A stretch of DNA of 64,000 bases from Candidatus Hydrogenedentota bacterium (GTDB taxonomy: Bacteria; Hydrogenedentota; Hydrogenedentia; Hydrogenedentales; SLHB01). How positions within the stretch are numbered: the stretch's first letter is position 1; each line of letters begins with the position of its first letter. A program made the position numbers and the translations under genes. Positions 21,756-31,918 of this stretch are shown in pieces. The notes under the pieces are model-generated. The model saw only the letters and a program-made list of their open reading frames with translations. It was not told the origin of the DNA and searched no databases. The DNA is taken from positions 928,001 to 992,000 of the forward strand of contig CAXXTH010000017.1 in the NCBI GenBank assembly GCA_963668025.2, written 5' to 3'.

Positions 21756-23327
21756 TTAGCTTTCTCCCGCGCCGCCCCAGGCGTACAGCGTCACATCGGC
21801 GCTGGAAGCTTCATCCAGCTTCTTCATGTTGCCCTCCACCCAGGCGACCTCCGGTGCAAACCGTGCATGGAAACTAAACCGCCGCCATTCCGCCAAATAA
21901 AAACCTTTGGGATGCGCCGCCATGTAGGTTTTCAAATCATCCAAGAAGGGGAGGCCCGGCAAGCCGGATTCGATGGTTTCATATTGCAAGGCGCGGCTAG
22001 GATACCATTCGTCAATACGGCCCACATAATACAGGACGGGAAGCGCCGTTGTGCTGAGCACCACGGTGTCCGGGGTGAGATGCTCGCGCACATACGAGCA
22101 GGGTTTTCGCCATTGCGGATGGCGGCGCGCCAAAGTCACGTGCGCACCCGCCGCCGCATGAATCGAGTCGCCTGTCAAGCGCGCTGCCGATACCCCCAGC
22201 CGCGCCAGAAACAACACCAGCAGAATCGCCAACGCCCGATCAAACCGGCCCCGTTTGGGCGCTGCAAGAAAACGCACGATCACCACGAGACCATATGAAA
22301 ACACCGCGATGAAAAATGGCCACGCGAAAAACAGAAACCGATCGCGCCGGTAGCCAACAAGAAAACTGAGCACCAAAAATGGAGCCCACCACCCAAGGGC
22401 GGCGTAGAAGCTGCGGCGGTTCCGCCGCACCAGCATGGCGGCAGTTCCCACGAGCATGGCGAAAATATAGCCCGAGCTGAGATTGGTGCGAATCCATTTC
22501 GCGTAAAACCAGGGATCCGACTGTATATAGTCACGCAAATCCGCGGGCTGCGAGCCGCCTAATCCCGCATTGGCTCCAAAAATGACGGATTTTTCAAATG
22601 GACTGAGCAGCAGAAAGTAGGCGCATAACACCAGTCCGGCGGATACAAGCGCGCCCGCGAAAACGGCCGCTTCGCGGGAGTCCCATCGCCTGGCGTACAA
22701 GGCCATGCATCCCGTGTACGCCAATACGGATGCCAAGTAAAAAAGGCTGTGGAAGGAGATCAAGTTCCCGAGCGCCAGCAGGCAAAAGGCCGCCGCTCCC
22801 CATCGTATGGCGCGCGCGCGTGTTTCCGATTCGAGCGCCGCCCACACGCACCACAAAAAGCCCAAATAGACGGTGGCTTGAAAGGTGTAGAATCGCGCTT
22901 CCCGTGACCACGCGACACTCCAAGGCGAGAGCGCGTAGAAAAACACGGCGATTAATGCGGTGGGCGCGCCTAGCAAGCGCCGGATGAGCAAATAAAGCAG
23001 CACCACGTTCGCTGTGGCGAACAGCACGGAGGGGATGCGTACGGCGATTTCACCATCACCTGCCATATAAATGAAAACGCCCAAAATATAGCTATAGGCA
23101 ATGGCGTTTTGATAAACACCCCCGCCAGGCAAACGCGGCACGCCCGTGTCCGCCACGCTTTTCCCCGCGAACACATGCACCAATTCGTCATGCCATAGAC
23201 TAGGACCGGCCAAGTTCGCCACACCAAGCGCCAGCGCGGCGGCGGCGGCCAATGACACGAGCGCCACGCGCCAAGGCTTGCCCGGCCCTTCATTGAGCAG
23301 ATGCATTGCCCATTTATGTATCAACAT
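21756..23327 (-). CDS. GT-C (ArnT/PMT, GT39/83-like) glycosyltransferase
   Basis: SLWHDE loop after TM1, RIPSVLF, SREARFY; polytopic. Confidence 0.82.
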   Translation of the reverse strand: MLIHKWAMHLLNEGPGKPWRVALVSLAAAAALALGVANLAGPSLWHDELVHVFAGKSVADTGVPRLPGGGVYQNAIAYSYILGVFIYMAGDGEIAVRIPSVLFATANVVLLYLLIRRLLGAPTALIAVFFYALSPWSVAWSREARFYTFQATVYLGFLWCVWAALESETRARAIRWGAAAFCLLALGNLISFHSLFYLASVLAYTGCMALYARRWDSREAAVFAGALVSAGLVLCAYFLLLSPFEKSVIFGANAGLGGSQPADLRDYIQSDPWFYAKWIRTNLSSGYIFAMLVGTAAMLVRRNRRSFYAALGWWAPFLVLSFLVGYRRDRFLFFAWPFFIAVFSYGLVVIVRFLAAPKRGRFDRALAILLVLFLARLGVSAARLTGDSIHAAAGAHVTLARRHPQWRKPCSYVREHLTPDTVVLSTTALPVLYYVGRIDEWYPSRALQYETIESGLPGLPFLDDLKTYMAAHPKGFYLAEWRRFSFHARFAPEVAWVEGNMKKLDEASSADVTLYAWGGAGES

Positions 23328-23508
23328 GGCTCATGTTTCCATTTTTCTATTCCGCGTAGCATGGGCGTCCCGCCCATGCGCATGGCCGGGACGGCCATGC
23401 TACGAGAAGCGCATAGTTCTTTTCTCTTACCCGGCGATGAGGGGTCTATTCCATTGCATTCTCGCTCTTCATTTCGTATACTTCGCGACGTGCAAGTTGT
23501 ATTGCGCC

Positions 23509-23595
23509 GCCGGGATGGCGAAATCGGCAGACGCGCCGGACTCAAAATCCGGTTTCCGCGAGGAAGTGGGGGTTCGACTCCCCCTCCCGGCACCA
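23509..23595 (+). tRNA. tRNA-Leu (CAA)
   Basis: GCCGGGA/TCCCGGC acceptor stem, CCGGA-CTCAAAA-TCCGG anticodon arm, long variable arm, GGTTCGACTCC, encoded CCA. Confidence 0.96.
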
Positions 23596-23799
23596 TTGAA
23601 AACAAAGGACTTACATAAATCTGTGAGTCCTTTCTTTTTTTGCCCATAGGGCCGCTTGGACCAAAACGGTGACACGCCCCCAAAAATCCGCCATCAATCC
23701 CTAATTTGTATTCGCCTAATAAGGGGATGATAGCATGGCGGCACAGGAAAGGGCCAAGCAGGCCTTCCTGCTATTGCCAAGTTCTGGATTCATCTCTTG

Positions 23800-25621
23800 G
23801 AGGCATTTGCGAAATAAAGAAAATCCGTATTGACAAGGGTTTACAAAGCGGCGGAATTGGCGCCTACCCCGGAGAATGCGGGGAAAGGGGCTTGGCGGGG
23901 GCATGAATAAGGATTTTTTGTGAAAAATCACCCCAAATGCCCTCGGCGAGCGGGAAAAGGCGTAACGTCTCCCGTGTGTGATTGTAGTATAGTTGACCAC
24001 ATAACCACGCACACACCAAGGAGACGTTTGCGATGGCCATTATACACCAAATGGGGTTGTTCTCGTGGAACCAGGTCGACGCGGCGTCGGATCTGGATCG
24101 GCTGAACCTGTTGCTGGCGGCGCTGCCGGATGAAGATTTGATGCGGGCGATGGAAGCCGAACGCAAGGGGCGGCGCGACGATTATCCTATCCGCGCGATG
24201 TGGAACAGCATACTGGCGGGGATCGTCTTCCAGCACGACGGCGTCGAAAGCCTGCGCCGCGAACTAGCCCGAAACGGGCAATTGCGCCAGTTGTGCGGAT
24301 TCGACGTGTTGCGGGGCGCCAAGGCGGTCCCGCCCGAATGGGTGTACACGCGGTTCTTCGCCAGATTACTGCGCCACTGGAAAGAAGTGGACCGGATGTT
24401 CGACGCGCTCATCGTCCGGCTGATGGAACGCTTGCCGGATCTCGGGGTGCGTCTGGCCGTAGACTCGAAAGCCATCCAAACCCACGCCAAGCCTCCGCGC
24501 AAAGACGCGGTCCTGGAAAACGAAGAGCCGGACGGGCGGCGCGACCGCGACGCAGACTGGGGCACGAAAACCTACAAGGGCGTTCACAAGGACGGCACGC
24601 CCTGGGAGAAGGTCAAACGGTGGTTCGGCTACAAGCTGCACCTCATCGTGGACACGAAATATGAATTGCCGCTGGGCTACGCGGTCACGAAAGCCAGCGC
24701 CAACGACTCGCCCTTTCTGCTGCCCCTCGTGGCGGCTCTCGACGCGCGCCACCCCGAACTCGTCCAACGCGCCGAGTACCTCAGCGCCGACAAGGGCTAT
24801 GATTCCGAAGCCAACAACAAGGGCCTCTTCGAGGAACATGAAATCCGGCCCATCGTGGACATCCGGGCGACCTGGAAAGAAGAACCGGAACGGCCCCGCC
24901 CTTTATATCCCGAACGGGTAGACACGATCTTCCATACCGAACGAGGTGAAGTCCTCTGCCGGTGTCGTAACGGCGCCCCAAACGAACGCGACAACTATGA
25001 TTCCATGGCCTACCAAGGATTCGAGCAAGATCGGGGAACCTTGAAATACCGTTGCCCAGCCAAGGCACGCGGGAGCGCCTGTACCCAGCAAGACCTCTGC
25101 AACCAAGGATGCCAGCCCGAACACGGACGGATTGTCCGCGTGCCCATCGCTATCGACCGGCGCATCTTTACCCCCCTGCCCCGCAGCGCCAAATCCTGGC
25201 GCCGCGAATACAAACACCGCACCGCCATCGAGCGAGTCAACAGCCGACTCGACGGCGCATACGGATTCGAGCGCCACTACATCCGCGGTATGAAAAAGAT
25301 GCGCGCCCGCACCGGATTAGCCCTCCTCGTCATGCTCGGCATGGCCCTGGGATGGCTCGAAGCCGGCCAGGCAGAACGCATGCGCTCGCTCCTCGGACAG
25401 CCCCGCGCCGCATAGATCACATCGAATCCGCACAAGCAATGATGGCCCGAATCAAGGGCAAACCATGCCCATTCGGGCCGCAAGGGTCCTACACGCGAAC
25501 CTCCTGCATGATTTATTGCACCCGTAGCGGAGGCGTAATCCCATTGCCACAGGCGAAAACCGCTCCGCGTGTGCCCGCACCGTCCGCGCGTTCGCAAACC
25601 ACGCTATTTCGCAAATGCCTC
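23800..25621 (+). mobile_element. IS-A (IS1182/IS5-like), intact, 1822 bp
   Basis: 17-bp IR GAGGCATTTGCGAAATA at both ends; TSD TCTTG. Confidence 0.92.
24033..25415 (+). CDS. DDE transposase with DUF772-like N-terminus
   Basis: AVDSK, FGYKLHL, ADKGYDS, RTAIERVNSRL. Confidence 0.92.
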   Translation: MAIIHQMGLFSWNQVDAASDLDRLNLLLAALPDEDLMRAMEAERKGRRDDYPIRAMWNSILAGIVFQHDGVESLRRELARNGQLRQLCGFDVLRGAKAVPPEWVYTRFFARLLRHWKEVDRMFDALIVRLMERLPDLGVRLAVDSKAIQTHAKPPRKDAVLENEEPDGRRDRDADWGTKTYKGVHKDGTPWEKVKRWFGYKLHLIVDTKYELPLGYAVTKASANDSPFLLPLVAALDARHPELVQRAEYLSADKGYDSEANNKGLFEEHEIRPIVDIRATWKEEPERPRPLYPERVDTIFHTERGEVLCRCRNGAPNERDNYDSMAYQGFEQDRGTLKYRCPAKARGSACTQQDLCNQGCQPEHGRIVRVPIAIDRRIFTPLPRSAKSWRREYKHRTAIERVNSRLDGAYGFERHYIRGMKKMRARTGLALLVMLGMALGWLEAGQAERMRSLLGQPRAA

Positions 25622-25754
25622 TCTTGAAGCCATTGTTGCAAACGGCGGAAAACCATGCTAGGATTTCCGCATGGGTTCGATTGCGTGGCAATCGGAGGTA
25701 AATTTGGATGGTCGGGCCGCCGTCCTCTTCAATTTGAATTGAGGAGGATAGGCT

Positions 25755-26111
25755 ATGGCCGGTTTTAATCACCCTAATCACACCAATCCGCAAGAAAAAA
25801 AAGAACAAAGCACTTGTGCGTTGCTGTTACGCGTGTTTTGGATGTTCCTTGGCAATTCGGTTCTTGCATTAAGCGCGCTTCTGATTATGCAAAAAGGAAT
25901 GTCCTTCTCTCCTATAGACATCCTCTATTGGCTGATCATACCTCTTCTTATAGCAGCAAGGTATGCGGATATTTCTTGGTTCAAAGGGGACACCGCTTAC
26001 GGGGAGCCGGCCTCAATGACTCATTGGCGGCAGTATGCTGTTAAGCTCCTGCTTATTGGAGCCGGGGTGTGGTTCGCCGCCCATGGCGCTGGATATTTAA
26101 TCGCCAAATAA
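25755..26111 (+). CDS. Hypothetical membrane protein (lower GC)
   Basis: GAGGAGG RBS; 118 aa with about three TMs. Confidence 0.6.
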   Translation: MAGFNHPNHTNPQEKKEQSTCALLLRVFWMFLGNSVLALSALLIMQKGMSFSPIDILYWLIIPLLIAARYADISWFKGDTAYGEPASMTHWRQYAVKLLLIGAGVWFAAHGAGYLIAK

Positions 26112-26261
26112 AACTGCATTTCAGTTGCACTGGTGAATGGCGTTTTTATGCCTGCATCCTCGTGTCGACTACTTTGTGCCCGCTCCTGGAAGAATATATC
26201 ATGCGTATGTACTGGAAAAATGACGTAAAACCGCCTACCTGTCATCCTCGCGAAAGCGGGA

Positions 26262-26328
26262 GGTCGACTCCCCTTCCCGGCGCCATTGATAACAAAGGGC
26301 TTGCGAAGATTCGCAAGCCCTTTTCTTT
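26262..26328 (+). repeat. Degenerate copy of the tRNA-Leu 3' end plus terminator (att-like)
   Basis: GGTCGACTCCCCTTCCCGGCGCCATTGATAACAAAGGGCTT versus tRNA GGTTCGACTCCCCCTCCCGGCACCATTGAAAACAAAGGACTT; hairpin AAAGGGCTTGCGAA-GA-TTCGCAAGCCCTTT. Confidence 0.8.
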
Positions 26329-26374
26329 GGTGCGCCCGGCAGGGCGTGTTTACTTGAAGGTGCAAGTCCTTTAC

Positions 26375-28065
26375 CCTAAAAAAGGCAGTAAGAGCTTGCT
26401 TTGGGATTTTTCCGGCCCAATTTTGTAAAGAAATAACTGTCCTGGCCCGCTCTTTACGTTGGCGCCGACAGCAGGTTGGGGGTGGCCAGCGGCCTTCCCT
26501 CGAGTATTTTGGCGAAGATCCGGCTGAGGATCGTCCGCCATCGTTCGTTCCAGTTCAACTGCCGCGCAGTTGCTTTCACCTCCAATAAAAAGGCGTTTAC
26601 GGATTTCAGAACTTGTTCCATAGCATGTCCTTGCGCATGCACGGGGGTGATGGTGAGCGTGGTTTGGCCTCCGTGGCGGGTCTGCTGTCCCACACCATAC
26701 AGCAGCAGAGGGCGGCTTGTGATCGCTTCGGCGTGGCGCTCCGGAATGGCCAAGCGCACGTACAAAGACCACCAATTGTAAATCAGGGCTATGATTCGCG
26801 CCATGATTTGGCAGCGCTTCATATCGTGGGTGGTATACCCGCCCCACCCCCACTGGTTTTTCTGTTCATCGTAGATGTTTTCCGCATCGCCCCGGTCGCG
26901 ATAATGCTGGGCCAAGGCCGATAGGGGGTCTGTCAGCGAAGTGGCCAGCAGCGCGTATTCATACTGCTGCACGGCTCCCGCTTGGATCTCGATGAGCTGT
27001 AGTTGGGGGGAGGGGTCAGGCAATAGCGGCTCCGTTTCCAGAACGATACTCCCTTTGAGCTTGCGCCGCAGAACGATTACCCGGCGTTTGCTCGTCCATC
27101 CCATAAGCTCCAGACGGTCTTCCAAACCTTCCCAGCCTTGGCCTGCTGGCGTCCAGTCCTTAGAACAAAAGGCCTGCTGGATAAGCCGTTTCACGTTGCT
27201 GGTCTGCCGCAATTTGAACAGATAGGGCACTCCGCGCGCTTCGGCTTCGCTCATGTCGCGTTCGTTGCCGAAGGCGCAGTCGCCGCGAATCATGCCCGGC
27301 CAGGCCGCGCGCGGCAAGCCATCGAGAAAATGCCACAATCCAGGCATGGTGTATTTCGCCGCCGTCTCGTTGCCCGGCCGGACTTCCACGTCCAGCACCA
27401 AGCGCGTGTTCGCCATAAAATAGGTATGCAGCACATGAGAAGGACGGCCCTGTTTCGCCGGATTGTAGCCCAGCACGGCCCCTTCTTGATGGCCGAACAG
27501 GGGCTTCACGCTTGTATCCACGTCCAAAATCCAAGGCTCATAAAGCAACGGCTCATAACAGCGGCGCAGGTGCTTCTGTAGCCAGCCCGCGCAGGCTTCC
27601 CCGTCCGCCAGAATAAATGCCCGCCGCGCCGAGGAGGCGCTCATGATCTTGCTCATACCCAGCAAGCCCGGGTTCACCGCGTCGTAACGGACCGCGTCAA
27701 TGTGCGCATAGCGGGTGTGGCCCGCCAGCACTGATAAAAATAGCGTGCCCAGCACATCCCTCTTGCGCGGCGCATTATTGCTGGCGTACGCCAGCGGACA
27801 GTCCTCCACCCACGCTTCAAAAAGCTCCGCCGTCTTGAGGAAATCGATAAAGAACGCCAACTGGCCAAACGGCGTCGTTGCCGCCTCCCGGTCCCATTCC
27901 ACATGCACCCGGCCCCCGTAGCTATCTACGAAAATCGGCGCCTCCAAAGACAACCATTCCTCCTCTCCCAATGGGGGAGCATCTTGCTGTTGCGATTCTG
28001 TTTCCATGTTCTTTATCTTGAACTACTTCCTGCTCGACACTCAAGATTCAACTGGCGTTTTTAGG
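26375..28065 (-). mobile_element. IS1380-family element, 1691 bp
   Basis: Ends CCTAAAAA...TTTTTAGG; 5-bp TSD TTTAC. Confidence 0.88.
26454..28007 (-). CDS. IS1380-family transposase
   Basis: ILDVDTS, RPGNE, IRGDCAF, YRDRGDAENIYDEQKNQ. Confidence 0.88.
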   Translation of the reverse strand: METESQQQDAPPLGEEEWLSLEAPIFVDSYGGRVHVEWDREAATTPFGQLAFFIDFLKTAELFEAWVEDCPLAYASNNAPRKRDVLGTLFLSVLAGHTRYAHIDAVRYDAVNPGLLGMSKIMSASSARRAFILADGEACAGWLQKHLRRCYEPLLYEPWILDVDTSVKPLFGHQEGAVLGYNPAKQGRPSHVLHTYFMANTRLVLDVEVRPGNETAAKYTMPGLWHFLDGLPRAAWPGMIRGDCAFGNERDMSEAEARGVPYLFKLRQTSNVKRLIQQAFCSKDWTPAGQGWEGLEDRLELMGWTSKRRVIVLRRKLKGSIVLETEPLLPDPSPQLQLIEIQAGAVQQYEYALLATSLTDPLSALAQHYRDRGDAENIYDEQKNQWGWGGYTTHDMKRCQIMARIIALIYNWWSLYVRLAIPERHAEAITSRPLLLYGVGQQTRHGGQTTLTITPVHAQGHAMEQVLKSVNAFLLEVKATARQLNWNERWRTILSRIFAKILEGRPLATPNLLSAPT

Positions 28066-28089
28066 TTTACAGGCCTGACAGGAGGAACT

Positions 28090-28120
<31 letters not shown>

Positions 28121-29020
28121 AGTGGAATCTGGAGGAAGCCGCAGGCAAATCACTGGCCCGACGAACAGGAACCGCATAAGAGGCAGCCATGCTGGGTGAG
28201 AAGGCCAATAGATTCAAAGCCCCATACCTGTACGGAAAGCATGGAAGTAGATGCGGCGGGCATAAGTGTGAAGGTGAACGCGCATTACCCGAGGAGATCT
28301 GCCAGTCTGCCTTTGCGCTACCAGCGTCGAGAGGCGTTGGGATGGGCTGGCAGAAGTCAGCAGAGGCCATAGTAGTTGGCGTAAGCCAGCGAAGGGCCGA
28401 ACCTACGGGAGGTTGTGTACCGGATTTCTAAGTGCTTTGAGCAGATGCCTCGCAAGAGGGCCTAAAGCTGGAAGTAGCGGGCGGAACTCGCAAGGTAAAG
28501 CTGGGCGCTTATACGGCACAAGGCAACGAGGTAGTAGAAACAAGCGAACGTAGGAACCGCCGTATACGGAACCGTACGTACGGTGGTGTGGGAGGGCGGC
28601 GGAGGCGACTCCGCCCCCTACCCGATGTGTGCCAAGCATGGCGCGGATCTAAGGGGTGTAAGTCCCCTGCAAGCCCTGATGGTGGGAATTGCTAGCCAAG
28701 AGCAAGGGCGTCGCCGCGAGGCGGGGTCTGGAGGAAGCAGGAGGCAAAAGTCGGACTCGACGCACAGAAACCGGATAGAAGGCCGGGGTGGCGGGGCAAG
28801 CCAGCAATGGATGGCGACGCCCAATAACCATTCGGACACACCTTGGTAAATCCGGCGAGGCCCGGCGGAAAGAGGCGCGTCTTACCTTGGGAGACCTGTT
28901 CATCTGTCTGGAAGAGCCAGACTAGCGGGAAGGCAACATGTCGCGAGGGGTGGGCAGGAGTCAGCCGAGGCCATAATACCCGCAAGGGGAAGGGCCGAAT
29001 CGATCATTCAAGGAGCAGCA

Positions 29021-30484
29021 TTGAACGTCTCGTGGGATAGGGAGCGGCAGGAAGTAGCAGGTTGCCAGATGGAGTTCCCACTGGAGTCGGCTTGCCACGG
29101 CGCAATCGGAGAAGGCGGAACCGAATCGGATGCGTTCGAGGCGCGGCAACTATCCCCGGCGGCGAACAAGAGGCGAGCCTTGACGCAAGACTTGATGGAA
29201 CGGGTCGCGAGTCTTGCGAACCTGACGGAAGCGGTACGCCGGGTGCAACGGAACAAAGGCGCGGCGGGTGCGGACGGCATGAGCGTACGCGACCTGAAGC
29301 GTTGGTTTCCGGAACACTGGCGGGGACTGCAAGAGGAACTGACGGCAGGGCGCTACCGTCCCCAACCGGTGTTGGGAGTGCAAATCCCCAAGCCGGGCGG
29401 GGGGATGCGGCAACTGGGCATTCCGACGGTGGTGGACCGAGTCGTGCAACAAGCGCTCTTGCAGGCTCTCGAACCGCTTCTAGACCCGGCCTTCTCGGAA
29501 AGCAGTTATGGATTTCGTCCAAGGCACAATGCACATCAGGCGCTGCGGCAAGCCAGCACGTACGTAAGCGAAGGCCGCTGCATTGTTGTGGACATGGACC
29601 TGGAAAAATTCTTCGACCGGGTCAACCACGACATCCTGATGGCGCGCGTGGCGCGGCACGTGTCAGACAAACGCGTACTCCGACTCATCCGCTGGTTTCT
29701 TGAAGTCGGCATGATGCAGAACGGCGTATGCATCGAACGATACGAAGGGACCCCGCAAGGCGGTCCTCTATCGCCGCTGCTGGCCAACCTGCTCTTGGAC
29801 GACCTGGACAAGGAGTTGGAGAAACGAGGGCATCGTTTTTGCCGCTATGCGGACGACTGCAACATTTACGTGCAGACGATACGCGCGGGAGAACGTGTCC
29901 TGACATCGGTCACGCAGTTCCTTGAGGGGAAGCTGAAACTACGGGTGAACCGCGAGAAGAGCGCGGTGGCGTTCGTGGGAGAGCGGAAATTTTTGGGTTA
30001 TCGCTTGCTGGGTGGGGGGCGATTGGGCATCGCGCCCAAGAGCCTCGACCGGGCGAAAGACCGCATCCGCGACATCACGCGACGCAACCGCGGCGACGCC
30101 AAAGTGCGCCAGATGATTGAGGAGCTCAACAGCTTCCTGAGCGGCTGGATAACCTACTATCGGTTTGCCGAAGCAAAGGGCCATCTGGAACGCCTCGGGG
30201 AATGGATGCGGCGCAAACTGCGCTGCGTCATCCTCAAACGCCTCAAGCGCACGAAAACCATAGCGGACTTCCTTAGAAAACTAGGCGTGCCGCAATTTCA
30301 GGCGTGGATACTCGCAGGGTCCGGGAAGGGCTGGTGGCGCAAAGCGGGGAGTCCTCCCGCGCAACACGCCATGGACAAACAATGGTTCGCGAAACAAAAA
30401 CTGATAGACCCGGTTCAACGGTACGAAACGTTCAAAAATGACCGAAACCGCCGTGGTACCGAGCAGGTATGCCCGGTGGTGTGA
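29021..30484 (+). CDS. Group II intron reverse transcriptase/maturase, no endonuclease domain
   Basis: NKGAAGADG, RQLGIPTVVDRVVQQA, GTPQGGPLSPLLAN, RYADD; X domain. Confidence 0.96.
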   Translation: MNVSWDRERQEVAGCQMEFPLESACHGAIGEGGTESDAFEARQLSPAANKRRALTQDLMERVASLANLTEAVRRVQRNKGAAGADGMSVRDLKRWFPEHWRGLQEELTAGRYRPQPVLGVQIPKPGGGMRQLGIPTVVDRVVQQALLQALEPLLDPAFSESSYGFRPRHNAHQALRQASTYVSEGRCIVVDMDLEKFFDRVNHDILMARVARHVSDKRVLRLIRWFLEVGMMQNGVCIERYEGTPQGGPLSPLLANLLLDDLDKELEKRGHRFCRYADDCNIYVQTIRAGERVLTSVTQFLEGKLKLRVNREKSAVAFVGERKFLGYRLLGGGRLGIAPKSLDRAKDRIRDITRRNRGDAKVRQMIEELNSFLSGWITYYRFAEAKGHLERLGEWMRRKLRCVILKRLKRTKTIADFLRKLGVPQFQAWILAGSGKGWWRKAGSPPAQHAMDKQWFAKQKLIDPVQRYETFKNDRNRRGTEQVCPVV

Positions 30485-30500
30485 GAGGGGGGGACCGTGA

Positions 30501-31846
30501 CATAAGCGCTAACCTTATTTGATGTCTCCTGACGAATCTTCTATACTGGGTGCATGGAAGCAGCGTGGAATGAGAATTGGCAGTGTTTACAGCGTTTTCT
30601 CCCTGCTGGATGGGAGGACAAGGCTCGTGAATTGGGCGCGTGGCACCGCAAGCCTCGTTCTATATCGTCGACGGAATCGCTCCTGCGCTTGCTGTTGATC
30701 CATTTGGCGGATGGGTGTTCTCTGCGTGAGGCTGTCGTTCGTGCTCGAGAAGGGAATGTGGCGTCCGTGTCGGATGTGGCACTTCTTAAGCGGTTGCGTG
30801 CTTCGGGGGAATGGCTGCGGTGGATGGCCGTAGAGATACTTCAACGTCGCGCGGGACCGTGCGTTCGGCCTGCATGGCTGGAGTATTACCGTGTTCGCGT
30901 CGTGGATGCGAGCGTTGTCTGCGAACCGGGAAGCACGGGAACGGACTGGCGCGTTCACTACAGCCTATGTTTATACGGTCTTCAATGCGATGAGTTTCAT
31001 ATTACCGGCCCGAAGGTTGGAGAGAGTTTCGCGCGATTCCGAGTCTCGCCTGGCGACCTATTGCTCGGAGATCGTGCTTATGGGCATCTCAAAGGTTTTC
31101 GTTATGTGCTCGGCCATAACGGGAACTTTCTGACGCGTCTTAAGAATAAAGCCTTCAGTCTTCGGAATGGCGCAGGGAACACCTGTCCACTGGCTGGATT
31201 GGTGGCGTCTCTAGAGGTAGGGGAAGTGGGTGATTGGGCCCTGATTGGCCAGGCAAAGGGGCAGGAGGAGCTGGCGCTACGGATCTGTGCGCTGCGTTTG
31301 AGCGAGGAAGCCGCCGCGCAAAGCATCCGCCGGGCGAAGAAAGAGCTAAGCAAGAAGCAACGGAGTCTGGATCCCGAAACGCTTGTGCTGCATCGCTACG
31401 TCATACTGGCCACATCCTTGCCGGATTCAATATCGCCGCACCAGGTTATCGAGTTGTACCGGGCGCGCTGGCAGGTGGAGTTGGCCTTCAAACGGATGAA
31501 GTCGATTATGGGATTGGGACACTTGCCAAAGGAAGACGAGGAGTCGGCCAAGGCTTGGCTCCACGGCAAAATGCTTGTCTCCTGCCTTGCCCAGGCCATT
31601 GTTGATGAGGGGCGCTTTTTTTCCCCCTGGGGATATCCACTGTGACGATATCTACCGCGAGGCCTCCTTGTGGCGCGAACTCTCTTTCGCCTTGCACCTC
31701 CTTCGCCAAGCGGTCAATCCGACGCTTGGATTATCCGAATGCATCAGCCAGTGGCGGGAAATCGCGAGAGATCTGGCAGAGCCCCCAAGGAAGCGAATGC
31801 AACAGTTGCGTGGTTTGATGGAGGCAATATAAGGTTAGCGCTTATG
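30501..31846 (+). mobile_element. IS4-family element, 1346 bp
   Basis: IR CATAAGCGCTAACCTTAT; 11-bp TSD GGGGACCGTGA. Confidence 0.92.
30554..31645 (+). CDS. IS4-family transposase
   Basis: VVDAS, GDRAY, YREK signature YRARWQVELAFKRMK. Confidence 0.92.
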   Translation: MEAAWNENWQCLQRFLPAGWEDKARELGAWHRKPRSISSTESLLRLLLIHLADGCSLREAVVRAREGNVASVSDVALLKRLRASGEWLRWMAVEILQRRAGPCVRPAWLEYYRVRVVDASVVCEPGSTGTDWRVHYSLCLYGLQCDEFHITGPKVGESFARFRVSPGDLLLGDRAYGHLKGFRYVLGHNGNFLTRLKNKAFSLRNGAGNTCPLAGLVASLEVGEVGDWALIGQAKGQEELALRICALRLSEEAAAQSIRRAKKELSKKQRSLDPETLVLHRYVILATSLPDSISPHQVIELYRARWQVELAFKRMKSIMGLGHLPKEDEESAKAWLHGKMLVSCLAQAIVDEGRFFSPWGYPL

Positions 31847-31918
31847 GGGGACCGTGAGGAACCCCCCTACTCGATTCTTGCGTTTTTTTGGCCAGTGGAG
31901 TTGGGTCTCTACTTGCGG

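Larger units (their letters stand above)
28627..31875 (+). mobile_element. RT-encoding group IIC intron, copy 1 (IS4 inserted in domain VI)
   Basis: Starts GTGTGCCAAGCATGGCG and ends CCTACTCGAT; 1892 nt after removing IS plus TSD, the same length as 53278-55169. Confidence 0.92.

Noticed and set aside
29021-30484. RT as a retron, DGR or defence RT
   Set aside because: It is embedded in full group II intron RNA (GTGYG start, domains V/VI) and duplicated with exact intron boundaries.
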